DNA of 63,127 bases, the filler included, from Reclinomonas americana ATCC 50394 (taxonomy: Eukaryota): the NCBI GenBank assembly GCA_048213135.1. It is 4 parts of one record of this genome, joined end to end, with 100 filler letters (N's around TTAATTAATTAA, not from the genome) between each part and the next. Parts side by side here need not be neighbours in the genome. Positions count along the whole stretch, not along the records: positions 1 to 26,153 come from PS015323.1; 3 more parts are not named here. One strand, given 5' to 3'. The translations under genes were made by a program, and so were the position numbers. The stretch's first letter is position 1. The number at the start of each line of letters is the position of its first letter. The notes below the pieces were generated by a model, which saw only the letters and a list, made by a program, of their open reading frames with translations, was not told the origin of the DNA and searched no databases. Of this stretch, positions 11,995 through 25,624 are shown piece after piece.

Positions 11995-13755
11995 CTCACT
12001 GGGTGGCGGCAGCAAGAAGCGGCGACAGTCGCTGGCGTTGCGACGAGTTGCGAAAATCACACGAGATGTTCTATCTCTCATGCGCTCACTCTTCTTCGCT
12101 GGCAGAGACGCGGCTGTTGCAGCGCCTTTTGGTTTGAGAACCCACGCGATGCACCCTTACCGACCGAGGATCCGCAAGGAAAGCGCTTTCGTCTCTGGCG
12201 GCTATTGGAGGTGCACTCGATTCGTCGTCGTCGATTAGTCGTCTCTTTTCACTCATCATCGCCGTTTTGCATTTAAAAAGGACCCTTCATCTTCGCTGGC
12301 CGCCCGCATCCTTTCCGTGCTGATGCTGGCCACCATTTTCTGGTCCACCTTCCTTCTCCTGCTCGACTCCATGCCGCAGATGCAAGAGTCGACAAACACT
12401 GCGTGGGATCTCTCCGAGCTGGCCTGCGTGTGCCTGTTCACCGCCGAGTACTTGGTCCGCTTTTCCGTGTCGTACTCGCGACTGCGCTTCCTGTTCACGG
12501 CCCTCAACCTGCTCGACTTCATGGCGGTGGTGCCGTTCTGGGTCGACTTTGTGGCCGGGTCGGCGGGACTGGACCTGCGCGTCGTCCGTATCTTGCGAGT
12601 CGCGCGTATCTTCCGTATCTTCAAGCTTTCACGATACATTGAGGGCTTGCGCATTTTCGGCCAAGTGCTGGTCAATAGTGCCTCGGCGCTGGCCGTCGGC
12701 CTGCTCTACCTGGTCATTATGCTGCTCATCTTTTCCACGTGCATTTGGTACGCGGAGCGCGGCACCTGGGAGTTGCGTGCCACACAAGGGAAGAGCAGCA
12801 GTGGGTCGTTCACTGACGCATGCGTCGTGCAGGCATGATCGCATGATGTGGATTCGCTGTCGCCCGGAGGACTCGTCCATTTGTGAACGCAGTCCGTACC
12901 AGTCGATTCCAGAGTCCTTCTGGTGGTGCATCACCACCATGACCACTGTGGGATACGGCGATGTGGTTCCCATTGGCGTCGCTGGCAAGGTGCGCGCGAC
13001 CAGAAGACTGCGAGAGTGCACTGTAGATCTCACAGTCGACCCTTTTCACGCGCAGGTGGTGGCCGGGCTTTGCATGGTCACTGGCATTCTCGTGATTGCT
13101 CTGCCGACCTCCATTATCGCCTCCAATTTCGTCGCCATGTGGGACAAGCAGGAGGCGGAGCGTGTGCAGGCCGCGGCTAGCGCAGCGGTGAGAACCCTGC
13201 ACAAGGGGGAAGAGAGAGAGCGAGAAATGTGCTGCTCACATTCACCCGCAGGCTGAAGCCGCCGTGGTCGAAGTGGCCGAGGCTGCCGCCGCTCGCAAAC
13301 TCTCCGGCGCCGGTCTTGGTGCTCTCGATGACCATTTGCGCTCGCCCATGTCCGCGGGTGTGGCGGCGCACGGAGGCATTCTGACCCCGACGGGTCCGCG
13401 GAGAGGCTCGCGTAACCAACATCACCATCATCACGGCCTCATGCTGGCCGATGCTCTCGGCGTGCCCATTCGTCGCGTCACCATGGTCGGCCATGTGGGA
13501 ACCGTCGACCCTGCGTCGCGCATGGTCAAGTTGCATCTGGTGGCCGACGGCCATTCAACGGCCGTGAAGAAGGCGTTGCTCGTGCCGGCCTCCACTCTGG
13601 TCGAGCAAGTGATTCCGCTCGCCACGGCGGCATTCGGTAGGCCAGTGCGCGGACTGGCGGACGACGAGGACTTTGAGTTGCCTTTGACCACCGCCGTCGG
13701 CACCATTCGTGAGCACACGCCGCTGCCGAAGCTCAAGGTGCTCTTTCAGGACTGA
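11995..13755 (+). CDS. Voltage-gated K+ channel, Shaker/Kv-like (5' partial)
   Basis: [16 protein letters not shown]4 [20 protein letters not shown]; pore [21 protein letters not shown]6 VIALPTSII. Confidence 0.95.
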
Positions 13756-13908
13756 AGAGGCGATAAACTGATTGATACCAAGTGGATTGCACTTGAGAAA
13801 GTTTATTTTGAGAAGCAAGAGGTGAGCGCAGTGCGGTTGGTGCACCACGCTCACACGCGACTACTACAGTGAGTGATTGAGGTGGCAATAAGTCGAAAGG
13901 ACGAGAGC

Positions 13909-14729
13909 CTACTCATCATCCTCCTCGTCCTCGTCCTCATCGTCGTCGTCGTGCAGCTTGTGCGCGCCGAACTCGTCGTCGTCCTCCTCGTCGAAGCCCG
14001 CGTCCTTGGTGTAGATCACCTCGTCGACGGTCGCTATGGGAAGAGGGGAGAGAAAGGGAAGGGGTTGGGTAAGAAATCGATAGAGAGGGGGACAAGGAGG
14101 CTGAAAGAGAGAGAGAGAGCGAAAGCGAAGACAAGAGAGAATGTGTGTGAGTGCGCACTCACCATCGGCCAAGGGGTTGATCTCTGTGAAAGAAAAAGAA
14201 ATAATTAGTGTCATGGATGGAGGCGACCAATCACAGCAGCGGAATCGTGGACGCACGGAAGAGGTCAGTGTCGTCGTCAATGTCGATGTTGTCCTTCAGC
14301 GAGGCGGTGAACGCGGCCTCCTCCTCGACTGTAACGAAACGACTGGAGTTTAGCGACCAAGCACGCTTTTTTTTCTCCACCTTCGTGACAGACGCAACTG
14401 GCGTGCTCCGGCTCAGCCTCGGTCATCGCCTCCTCGGTGATGGCAGCCGTCTCGGTGATGGTGCCGTCCTTGGACGAGTTCAGGCGCTGCGTCTCGCGCA
14501 CCAGCGCCAGCAGCTCCTCGACCTCGCTGTTGCGCACGAGGGTTTCAGCCAGCAGCTGCTCCTCCTCGGCCTCCTCCTCGTCGTCCAGGCGATGCTGCAT
14601 CTGGTCCTCGTCGTAGATCAGCTCCTCCTCCTCGATGTCGGTCTCGGTCGGGTCCTCCATCTGGCGAGGGTATGAGGGGAAGGTGGCGAGGAGGGGAAGG
14701 TGGAGAGAGACAGAGACAGAGACAGAGAC

Positions 14730-14767
<38 letters not shown>

Positions 14768-16549
14768 GTGAGAGAGAAATAGTAGAGTAAGAATGAGTGC
14801 GACAGAAAGACAGAAGGATGAAGGAGTGAAGGAAGAAAGAGAATGAAGATGATCATCGAGGCTGCAGGTATTCTCGTTGTGTGTCTCGGCCACCCCTTTC
14901 TTTCAGAGAGAAAAAAAGGGGGAAACTGAGACAGAACGAGAAAAGAAAACGAGCTTGCAGGTGTGAATGAGAGCGATGCAGATATATGACGAAAGGAACG
15001 ATGCACAGCCTGAGTCGCAGGAAACTTGGATGAATGTTGACAGCTCCTCTCCGTCAGGGGCACACGGAAATGGAACGAAAAAAGAGAGAGAATGAGACTG
15101 CAAGCGAAGATAAGAGCGCTGCAGGAAGAAAGAGAGAAGGAAGAGATGCGCCACCGCAGTTGCAGGAAACTTGCTGTGGTTCGAATTGGAACGAGAAAAG
15201 AAAGAGAACGAAGAGATGCAGGAACAATCGTTGTCCACCCTCCCTGCCTCTCACTATTGCAGAGATAAAATGCCCAGTTGACAACCATTTGCTCACGCTC
15301 CCACACACACACACACCTCAGCCTCAGCATCGTCGCCGGTGATGGTGTCCTCGTGCAGCACAGACACAATCATGCCGTCGGCGGTGGCCAGGCGAGCAGC
15401 AATGGCATCAGCCTCGGCCTCAGCCTGCTCCTCCTGCTCGGCGGTCTTCTCGATCTCCTCGTACAGAGCACCAGTCTGCACGTCGATCGGGATCTCGATT
15501 TGAGAGGGAGCCTCGGTCAGCTGCTCTTCCTCCTCGTCGTTCTGCTGCTGCTTAGGCAAGTCGCACTTCTCCTCCGCCTTGTGCTCCAGCTCCAACTCCA
15601 GCTCCTCTTCCTGCTCGGCGGTGAACTGCAGAGCAGCCTGCTCAATCGTCTCGGAGTTTCCGTCCAGGACGTCCAGGCTGTCCATAATGTCCTCCAGAGC
15701 GGCCTTGGTGGTCACTCCTTCGGCAAATTGGTCCGTTCCTGTCGGAGAGGGGGAGAGAAGGGGAGTCAGTGGGGGGATAGAATTGCAGATGCTGGTGTTG
15801 GCAAACACAAACCGGTTGCCGTTGCAGCGGGCTCCTCGCCGGTGAACGCATCGTTGTTGTTGATGGTGGCAGTGTTCGTGGTGGCTTCGTTGTTGTTCGC
15901 GTCAAAGTTGACCTCGATGGTGCCTGATGATAGTACAGGAAGACAAGGTAAGCGAGGAGAGAGAGACGAGAAATGGAAACGATGCCATACTATGGGTGGA
16001 GAGTAGAAAAAGAGAAGACAAGCGATAATAGCGTGCGCGAAGATATGAGAGAGAGAGAACTGGTAAAGCAAAACAAACAACAAGAAACTGACGACAACAC
16101 CTGCGCAACTATTGAGAACGGAGAACAGGCGAAAAGAGGTAAGCGAGAGGGCACAGCCAATGGAACACACCGTGCTCGACAATGGGGAAGAGAAGACAAA
16201 CAAGAACAAGAATAACAGGTGCAAGACACAGTGAAAGAAAACCGAGAAGAGACTGACAAAGAAAAACACCATGCGTGAAGCAACAAGCAGAGACATCAAC
16301 ACGCAAGTTGCACAAGAAGAATGAGAAAGAAAGGTTCCACAAGTTGAGCACGTTGTGGAAAAGAGTGTCCGCATCCCATCCCCCCAACGCGACGCACCCT
16401 TGTTGATAGCAGCACCATCAAAGTTGTTGGTGATGCCACTTGTGCTAAACTCGCTGCGCGGCGACAGGAGGAAGAAGGCGGTGATCACGCCCAGTGCCAG
16501 AGCCGACAGGCCCATGACCTTGACGTAGGCCGACTTGTGGCGGTCGATG
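13909..16549 (-). CDS. Acidic (E/D-rich) single-pass membrane protein of unknown function, at least 6 exons including a 21-nt microexon 14163-14183 (5' partial)
   Basis: TM segment VMGLSALALGVITAFFLLS followed by acidic exons linked in frame by GT-AG introns. Confidence 0.65.
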
Positions 16550-16885
16550 CTGTGCGGGAGGAGAGGAGGTGGGGTGGGTGAGGGAGATTGAAGAGCAAGA
16601 CTTGGCACGGATTTCGCTACCACAGACAATGAGTGATAAGGATAGACCACATGCGAGGTGGACGTTCGGGGTTGCGAGCAGTAAAGAAGGAAAGCGGCAA
16701 GAGGAAGTGGAAAACACCCAGACAGGGAGAGAGACCTTGAAGTGCAAGACAAACGACAGTGATGCTCTGCAATCGCGAAGTGAGCGAGAGGGAGGCCAGA
16801 AGCGGTGAAGCTACTCAACAGAAAGGGCTGGCGGGAACCGCAGCGGTGAAGACAAGCAAGGAAAAAGAGACAGTGTGCGCGAGAC

Positions 16886-16923
<38 letters not shown>

Positions 16924-17894
16924 TAGAGACAAGAGAAAGCTGAGTGAGCGAGAGACAAGTGAAAGCTGAATGAGCCAGAGACAACAGCCTGCTGACTGAC
17001 AAAAGGCTTGATCGCGAAAGTCACACTGAGAGAGGCACTCAAGACAAGGAGCTCCGGTGCACAGAAGCCTCTCGCCCATCAGTGGAAGGCAGAACATGAC
17101 AAGTGCTGTCAAGAAACAAAAGAAAAAATACGATTTCGCGCCCTCACGCCCACACAAGTGATCACGCACACAGAGAGAGGCAGCAAAGTCAACAACAAAC
17201 ACTCAACATCGCAGTGAGAGAGAACGAGAGTGAGAGTTGACAGTGAGAAAAACGAATGTGAGATGCACTAGTCGTTCACCAACCAGCATCACTCTTTCTC
17301 TGACACACACACACATAAACATTAGTGAACGCACTCTTGCATTTCCCACACAGAGAGACAGAGAGTGACAAGAAGAAAAAGCAACAAGCTTGGCATGGGC
17401 GCGAAAATCATATGCGCGCCAGTTTGCGCGCGAAAAAATCATCGCTAAAGAAAGCAAGACTGAGCAATCGCTTCTTTTTTTGAGTGTGCCTCTCTCTCAG
17501 TGTGCTCGTATATGTGGCGCAATAGAGAGGAGGAACGCAACGAGGGAGCAGCGCGCATGAAGGAGAGTGGAAAGAAACAATGTCCGGCGAGGACAAGCAG
17601 AAAACTGAGCATTCATGAGGCCAAGGGTTACAGAGCAAAGACTTAGAGTGTGTGACAAGGCTTATGTTGCGTGCAGCAGCGTGATGATGACTAGAAGCGA
17701 ATAGAGCATGGAGAGGCACACAACGTCGACGTCGACGTCGACGTTCAGTTTTTTTGCTCCCTGCCTGCGCGTCTTCAGTCGCTGCTTTTCTATTGTGTAG
17801 AGGCAGCAGGTATAGAATGTAATAGGGAGGGCCTTGCAGCGGCAAAACGTCGACGTCTGTCCGCTTTCTCGACAAAGAAAAAAACAACCCAAAA

Positions 17895-18065
17895 ATGGTT
17901 CGAGAGTGCCAGAGCTGTGCGGTCAACAAGGCGCAGTTGAGGAGACCAAAGGTGAGGGAAAGAGGGAGGAAAAGGGGAGGTGAGAGGGTAGAGAGGAGGG
18001 AAGGGAGTGAGAGAAGGGAAGAAGGGGAAGTGAGTGAGTGAGTGAGTGAGTGAGTGAGTGAGTGA

Positions 18066-18104
<39 letters not shown>

Positions 18105-18281
18105 TGTGTGAGTGAGTGAGTGAGTGAGTGAGTGAGTGAGTGAGTGAGTGAGTGTGTGGTGAGTGTAGTGTGTAGTGAGTGAGTGAGTGAGTGAGTGAGT
18201 GAGTGNNNNNNNNNNNNNNNNNNNNNNNNNNNNNACGGGAAGGTAGAGTGACGTGAGTGAGTGAGTGAGCGAGTGACGTGA

Positions 18282-18322
<41 letters not shown>

Positions 18323-19076
18323 TGTGTGAGTGAGTGAGTGAGTGAGTGAGTGAGTGAGTGAGTGAGTGAGTGTGTGTGTGTGTGTGAGTGAGTGAGTGAG
18401 TGAGTGAGTGAGTGAGTGAGTGAGTGAGAGAGAGAGTGAGTGAGAGAGTGAGTGTGATCCTTCGATCTCTGACTGGTATGTGCTCTTCTTTGCAGACCGG
18501 TCGAATGGTGTGTCGCGACTGCTTCTTTGGCGAGTTCGAGGAGGAGGTTCATCGAACGATTGTCGACAATGGGTTGTTTGAGCGTGGGGAGCGAGTGGCG
18601 ATTGCGGCGTCGGGAGGAAAGGGTGAGGAGAAGGGGACCAAAACGAAGGGAGATGGAGAGGATATGGATGGGAAAGAAAGGACCGACACGAAGAGGGATC
18701 GTGAAACAGTGAGCAGATGAGGATGAGGGGAAGTTCTGATGGAAACACAGGTGGAGCAAGGTGAAGCTGGATTGTGACTGGAAGCACAGGTGAAGAAACG
18801 ATTGTGAGTCAGTGAACAGTGAGAAGCCGAGGCTGAGCGTAAAGGCATGAGAAGCACTATTGTGGAAAGGTTGTATGTCAATGAGGCAGTGAGAGAATGG
18901 GAATGATAACAAGCGCTGAAGGTGGAGCAAATGCGAGGTGTTCACAGCGATTGTGAGCAGTGAGAGAATGGGGATGGCAGCAAGCTTTGGTGGAAGAGTG
19001 AGTGAGAGTGCAAAGATCACTCTTGACGAACCTGTTGCTGTGGTCGTAGCAACGTGCACAGTGAGTGAGTGTTTGC

Positions 19077-19169
<93 letters not shown>

Positions 19170-20095
19170 GACGACGACGACGACGTACGGTACGGTACGG
19201 TACGGTACGGTACGTACGGAACGGTACGGTACGGTAACGTACGTACGTACGTACGTACGTACGTACGTACGTANNNNNNNNNNNNNNNNNNNNNNNNNNN
19301 NNNNNNNNNNNNNNNNNNNNNNNNNNNNNNNNNNNNNNNNNNNNNNNNNNNNNNNNNNNNNNNNNNNNNNNNNNNNNNNNNNNNNNNNNNNNNNNNNNNN
19401 NNNNNNNNNNNNNNNNNNNNNNNNNNNNNNNNNNNNNNNNNNNNNNNNNNNNNNNNNNNNNNNNNNNNNNNNNNNNNNNNNNNNNNNNNNNNNNNNNNNN
19501 NNNNNNNNNNNNNNNNNNNNNNNNNNNNNNNNNNNNNNNNNNNNNNNNNNNNNNNNNNNNNNNNNNNNNNNNNNNNNNNNNNNNNNNNNNNNNNNNNNNN
19601 NNNNNNNNNNNNNNNNNNNNNNNNNNNNNNNNNNNNNNNNNNNNNNNNNNNNNNNNNNNNNNNNNNNNNNNNNNNNNNNNNNNNNNNNNNNNNNNNNNNN
19701 NNNNNNNNNNNNNNNNNNNNNNNNNNNNNNNNNNNNNNNNNNNNNNNNNNNNNNNNNNNNNNNNNNNNNNNNNNNNNNNNNNNNNNNNNNNNNNNNNNNN
19801 NNNNNNNNNNNNNNNNNNNNNNNNNNNNNNNNNNNNNNNNNNNNNNNNNNNNNNNNNNNNNNNNNNNNNNNNNNNNNNNNNNNNNNNNNNNNNNNNNNNN
19901 NNNNNNNNNNNNNNNNNNNNNNNNNNNNNNNNNNNNNNNNNNNNNNNNNNNNNNNNNNNNNNNNNNNNNNNNNNNNNNNNNNNNNNNNNNNNNNNNNNNN
20001 NNNNNNNNNNNNNNNNNNNNNNNNNNNNNNNNNNNNNNNNNNNNNNNNNNNNNNNNNNNNNNNNNNNNNNNNNNNNNNNNNNNNNNNNNNNNNNN

Positions 20096-20167
<72 letters not shown>

Positions 20168-20791
20168 CAAGGGTGATCGCATCACCCGCACGGTTGTGCA
20201 GGTGGAGCAGTAGAGCGAGAAACAACGGTCTCCTGTTGTTTGCTCATCTCCAGCCTCTTCCTGCACTTATTTGCCTTGTGCGCTCTCTCTTTCCCTGTTA
20301 TGTGCTCTGTGCCTTCTCGAGGAAGGCATGGGAGGGAGCAGGGACTCAAAAGTTTCACCTCTCGCGTCTCGTTCTCTCGTGCAGACTCCACTGTGCTGGC
20401 CTACCTCATGCGCTTGCTGAACGACCGCCACGACTACGGTCTGCGACTGTTCCTCCTCTCCATCGATGAGGGTATCACCGGCTATCGCGACGATTCACTG
20501 GAGGCGAGTTGTTCGTGTTTGTTCATTGTTGTTGCTTTCACCACTCTCGCCCATCGTCCTGGTTGCCTTTGCTGTCGTTACGTAATTCACCTCTTTCTTG
20601 TTCAAAGAACTCTCCATCGACGCTACGTCCCTTTTCCCTCGCCATACACGTCTCCTCTCCTCTCCGCTCCCTCTCCTTGCCAGTCTTCTTCTCTCCTCTC
20701 CTCCCCCCTCCCTCCCTCTCTCACTCTCATCCTTCTCCTTGTCCTCCTCCACAGACGGTGAAGCGCAACCGCGAGCAGTACGGCATCCCTC
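17895..20791 (+). CDS. CTU1: Cytoplasmic tRNA 2-thiolation protein 1 (3' part in gap; 21121-21302 may be its last exon)
   Basis: [55 protein letters not shown]. Confidence 0.95.
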
Positions 20792-21531
20792 NNNNNNNNN
20801 NNNNNNNNNNNNNNNNNNNNNNNNNNNNNNNNNNNNNNNNNNNNNNNNNNNNNNNNNNNNNNNNNNNNNNNNNNNNNNNNNNNNNNNNNNNNNNNNNNNN
20901 NNNNNNNNNNNNNNNNNNNNNNNNNNNNNNNNNNNNNNNNNNNNNNNNNNNNNNNNNNNNNNNNNNNNNNNNNNNNNNNNNNNNNNNNNNNNNNNNNNNN
21001 NNNNNNNNNNNNNNNNNNNNNNNNNNNNNNNNNNNNNNNNNNNNNNNNNNNNNNNNNNNNNNNNNNNNNNNNNNNNNNNNNNNNNNNNNNNNNNNNNNNN
21101 NNNNNNNNNNNNNNNNNNNNGCTCGGCGTTGTATCACGGCGGCGCCAGTGCTGCAGCAGCGGCCGCCGATCACGACGAAGAGACTGCTGAGGCTGTGCGC
21201 GAGCGGCGCCAGCTGCGTGCGCGTGTGCATGTACGAATGGAGGGGGAGGGGGAGGCACTGTCGCCGCCACCGCCGCCACCACCACCACCACCACCGACGT
21301 GAGATAGGTTTGGTCTGCTAGCTAGTACACAAGCCTGCGTGGGTAAGCTTGTCGGCGTGCTTCTTCGCTTCACATGTGCCATACCATGTGCGTTCGATCA
21401 TCATACAACCGTTTTGCCTGCGAGTTCATTGCAGTTGGAGAGAAACGTGTTCGCGCAGGTCTCACTCTCAACTGTGCACAAGAAATCCAGCTTGATCAAT
21501 ATCACACTTTACTCATTGAGGAGGAGCTTAT

Positions 21532-22236
21532 TCAGCAACCCGCCTGGTTCATACTCACATCTAACTCATCGCCGCTTTCGATGTGGTAATCCTTCAGAGT
21601 GCCGCGGTCCATCGTAACTCCGTCGTACCTGAGCACCATAGCTGACGGGGCAACATCCAGGTGCCGCGCAAGCGTATGGATTAGCATGTGCACCAGAGTA
21701 CCGCCAGAGACCTTGAAGGGGAGCTTGCCCGCCGACGTGGAGACCGTAATGTTAAACGTGCCGTCGCCCTTGCGATCGTCGGCAGCACTTGCTGTAGCTG
21801 CGGCCGCCGGGGGTGCATGGAACGCACTCAGGTACAGCTGCATGGTCTTGATCCGCAGCTCGCGCGCATCTGCATCCTCCGGGGACGCACCAGACGGGTT
21901 GTGCTTGATATACACGCCCGAGTTGAACTTGCGGCACACGATCTTGTACAACGCATCGTCCTCCAGCAGCGCATGCCACGCCTCATCTACCTGGATGTCG
22001 ATGGGCGACACCACGCGGGCATCGTTGTCTTGCAGAAAGATCTTGACCGCCAGGAGGCGCGCCAGTCCAACCCTGCGGCTGTGCTGGAAGCCGAGGTCGG
22101 TGATGAAGGAGAGAATCTGCTCGGCGAGTGAGCGGAGTGGCGCCAGAGAGCTGGTGGGCGCTCTTGCCGGAGCGGGTTGCTTGGTAGGTGGGCTTCCCTC
22201 GGCGTCGTCGTTGGCAGGCCGCTTGCGTGCGCTCAT
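21532..22236 (-). CDS. GRDP-like domain plus C-terminal ubiquitin-like domain, copy 1 (intronless)
   Basis: VDEAWHA..Y..C...IKHNP motif; C-terminal LRYDG...TLKDYHIESGDELDV..QAGC. Confidence 0.75.
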   Translation of the reverse strand: MSARKRPANDDAEGSPPTKQPAPARAPTSSLAPLRSLAEQILSFITDLGFQHSRRVGLARLLAVKIFLQDNDARVVSPIDIQVDEAWHALLEDDALYKIVCRKFNSGVYIKHNPSGASPEDADARELRIKTMQLYLSAFHAPPAAAATASAADDRKGDGTFNITVSTSAGKLPFKVSGGTLVHMLIHTLARHLDVAPSAMVLRYDGVTMDRGTLKDYHIESGDELDVSMNQAGC

Positions 22237-22490
22237 GATGGTGCGGAGAAACGAATGACAACAGGGTGGAAGGACACGCACTTCGTTCCCGCCCTTTCGA
22301 TCTTTGTACGACACCGTAGCGCAGCGGTCTATACGTCAGCGTCTGCGTGGAGCGCAAGGCCGCATGCACCTTCCACAGTCTTGCAATACACCACTAATCA
22401 GACTTCACACTTGCGCATGCAGCTGCATGCGCATCAGCTGCACATATCACACTTTACTCAATGTGCCGCAGCGACGGAAGAGGAGCTCAT

Positions 22491-23189
22491 TCAGCAACCC
22501 ACCTGCTTCGTAACCAAAGATAACACATCGCCGCTTTCTACGTAGTGGTCCTTCAGAGTGCGGCTGACGTTCATGCTTCTTCCATCGAAAGCAAGCATCA
22601 CCAGCCGTGACGCTTCAATATCCAGCTGCCGCGCAACCGTATCGATGAGCTTGCACACCAGAGTACTGCCAGAGACCTTGAAGGGGAGATTGCCCGCCAT
22701 CGTGTTGACAGAAATGTTCAACATGTCGTGATCGCCAACACTTGTTGTAGCTGCGGCCGCCGGAGGTGCATGGAATGCACTCAGGTACAGCTGCATGGTC
22801 TTGATCCGCAGCTCGCGCGCATCTGCATCCTCCGGGGACGCACCAGACGGGTTGTGCTTGATGTACACGCCCGAGTTGAATTTGCGGCACACGATCTTGT
22901 ACAACGCATCGTCCTCCAGCAGCGCATGCCACGCCTCATCCACCTGAATGTCGATGGGCGACACAACGCGGGCGTCGTTGTCTTGCAGAAAGATCTTGAC
23001 CGCCAGCAGGCGTGTCAGTCCAACCCTGTGGCTGTGCTGGAAGCCGAGGTCGGTGATGAAGGAGAGAATCTGCTCGGCGAGTGAGCGGAGTGGCGCCAGA
23101 GAGCTGGTGGGCGCTCTTGCCGGAGCGGGTTGCTTGGCAGGTGGGCTTTCCTCGGCGTCGTCGTTGGCAGGTCGCTTGCGTGCGCTCAT
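22491..23189 (-). CDS. GRDP-like domain plus C-terminal ubiquitin-like domain, copy 2 (tandem paralog)
   Basis: N-terminal domain nearly identical to copy 1; diverged Ubl ending QVGC. Confidence 0.75.
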   Translation of the reverse strand: MSARKRPANDDAEESPPAKQPAPARAPTSSLAPLRSLAEQILSFITDLGFQHSHRVGLTRLLAVKIFLQDNDARVVSPIDIQVDEAWHALLEDDALYKIVCRKFNSGVYIKHNPSGASPEDADARELRIKTMQLYLSAFHAPPAAAATTSVGDHDMLNISVNTMAGNLPFKVSGSTLVCKLIDTVARQLDIEASRLVMLAFDGRSMNVSRTLKDHYVESGDVLSLVTKQVGC

Positions 23190-23409
23190 GATGGTGCGGA
23201 GAAATGATATGAGGGACCACAAGAAGGACGCGCACTTCATCACAACCAGAACAACTTTACTTGCTAGAGCCGCCACGCAGCTACGTGTCGATTACTCTCT
23301 TGCATGAGTGCAAACAACAAATCACACGTTAACGTGTGATAGGATAGAAAACGTCGACGTCGAATATTCCATTTCCCTTCGCAGCACTGCTGCCTTTCTC
23401 TCTTCATTG

Positions 23410-25538
23410 ATGTCACAACAACGACACCCTCGCGCATGCCTCTCCCCACCACACAAGCGCGCACTCGCCATCCTCCTCACCTGCACGCTCATTCCACTCA
23501 TATTGGTGCGCGCGCTCGGACACACAGACAGACAGTCGTTTCTCTCTCACACACACTCTCTCACAGTGGACAGTGACGCGCTCGTTGTTCCTCTCCGCCA
23601 CGTCATCATCACCGTCGACGACGAGTGTGGTGAGCGCGCGACAATGCCGCGATCGTCATCACTCATTGTACACTGTCGACAGTGACACTGGTCGTGCGCG
23701 CTTTGTGCTCTCTTCTGCTGCTGTTGGCGGGAGAGCAAGTGAGCAGTTGGCCAGTGCGCTGAGGGGTGCAGGGTGGGCGGTCGATGTCGACGCGAAGGCG
23801 AAGGAGGAGGAGGTGATTGATTTTTTGAGTGATTGTTTGTCAGTCATTGTGATGCTCATGTTGTGGTGAGTAGATGAGGTGCGAGGTGGTGTCTGCGGCC
23901 ATGTCTGTGGTGTTTGATCCGTCGTTTCATCCGCCGATGATGACCAACTATTATCATTGTTGCGTGGGAGGCAGGAGAAGGAAGGGAGATGCTCAAGACT
24001 GGTGAAATAGAGTGAGAAATTCGAGGCAATGAGGAGACTGAGGCAATGCAGAGGGTGTGGAAGGCAGGAATGAGTGGCTCGAAAGGCGACGAGTTCGAAT
24101 GCAACTCAGATCCCAGGAGAACACTGGTGGGGAATAGAGTGAGGCAATGAGGAGATTGAGGTAACGAGGAGTGTGGAGATGGTCTCAGTCGCGGCGAAGA
24201 TGGATTTGAGGAACGAAGAGTGAGAAAGCGAAAGAGCTCTGTCAATGAGGAGAGCAGAATGAGGCTGTTGAAGAGAGGCAGTGAGTAAGCGAGGCCTGAG
24301 CGATTCGACGGGCGAAACGCGGGTGCTGCACCTCAGTGCAAAAGCTCATGTTTCCTCATCGCACACTCAGCCATGATTGATGTCGGTGCGCGATTATTTG
24401 ACGCTCTGGTGCGAGACGACGCACTGGACGTGCTGCCGTGGAGCGACGGCACTGCGAGTGCCGACGATGAGCGTAGTTATCTGCGCGTCTTCTCCACGTG
24501 GTCGCAGCCGATGAGGAAAATCGTTTCGTGTCATCCGTGAGGAGGAACAGTCTGCGATGCGATCTGACACACCACCACCACCACCACCACACGCAGGCGG
24601 CCAAGGAGATGTTTGTGTTTTTCGCACCGCGTGGGGTCGAGGAGTTGCCGACGGCGGCCGGTTCGTGTCTGTGCTTCGAGCGGTTGACGCATGCTCTATC
24701 GGAGAACATGGCCGATGCGTGGCACTTGCACGAGTCGGCCGGGAGGAGAGAGGTGAGTGGTGGTGAAAGACTGCTACTGCACTCTTGTATCCCTTGCTCA
24801 AGTCCTCATGTTCTCTCTTCTCCTCCCTCGCAGGTGGCTGCCAAGACCCTCTTTGCGTTGCGCAACTGGATCACGCTGCGCGCAGGCGATTCGTCTCCCT
24901 CGCCTTCCCCCTCCCGCGACACCATGTGCGACACCGACCGTCCGGTGCGCGTGCTGGTGGTGCAACGCCGCCAGCGTGGCTTTGTGCAGTTGGAGGACGA
25001 GGTGGCGACAGAGATGCCGCGGTATCTCGCCGAGTGGAATCGGCTGGCCGACGTGCGCGTGGTCGATTTGTCGTCGTTGGCGCCACGCGATCTCATTCGC
25101 ACGCTGCGCAACACTGACATTCTGCTGGCGGCTCACGGCGCCGGCCTCACCAATGTGCTATTCATGCGACGCGGTGCGCAAGTGGTGCAGCTCATGCCGG
25201 CGCTGAACGCGGTGTGGAACGGCGCCTTTCCGTACCAGAATCTGGCCAACACGGTCGGTGCCGAGCTGCACAACTCGGCACTCAGTCTCGACGATTCGTA
25301 CCGACAGCGTGTGCCACCAGGGCTGGCCGCCGAGGACGCCCCGAGTCAGCTCACCGAGGAACGCGTGCGCGTGGATGCTGCCGTGCGTCGCGACAATGAG
25401 CACAACCAGCAGGCCATGTTGTACGAGGCGCACCACATGTTCCTGTCCGGTCGGACCATCGCCCAGCTAATAATCGAGGCGACGGAGAATGCGTGTGCGG
25501 GGGGAGAGGGGTTGGAGATGGAGAGTGGTGGGTGGTAA
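23410..25538 (+). CDS. Glycosyltransferase family 61-like protein (5' exons tentative)
   Basis: VRVLVVQRRQR, TDILLAAHGAGLTNVLFM..GAQVVQL and YQNLA in last exon 24834-25538; upstream signal-anchor exon. Confidence 0.8.
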
Positions 25539-25624
25539 TCGGTTTTTTATTGATGAGATATAGGTAATTGTAGGCAATGTTAGTAATGATCGTGTGGGGG
25601 GATTCTCTTCGAACCATCATCTTC

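Noticed and set aside
15766..18787. Long minus-strand ORFs rich in LSLS/THSL
   Set aside because: Mostly translations of (GA)n and (GAGT)n microsatellites and introns
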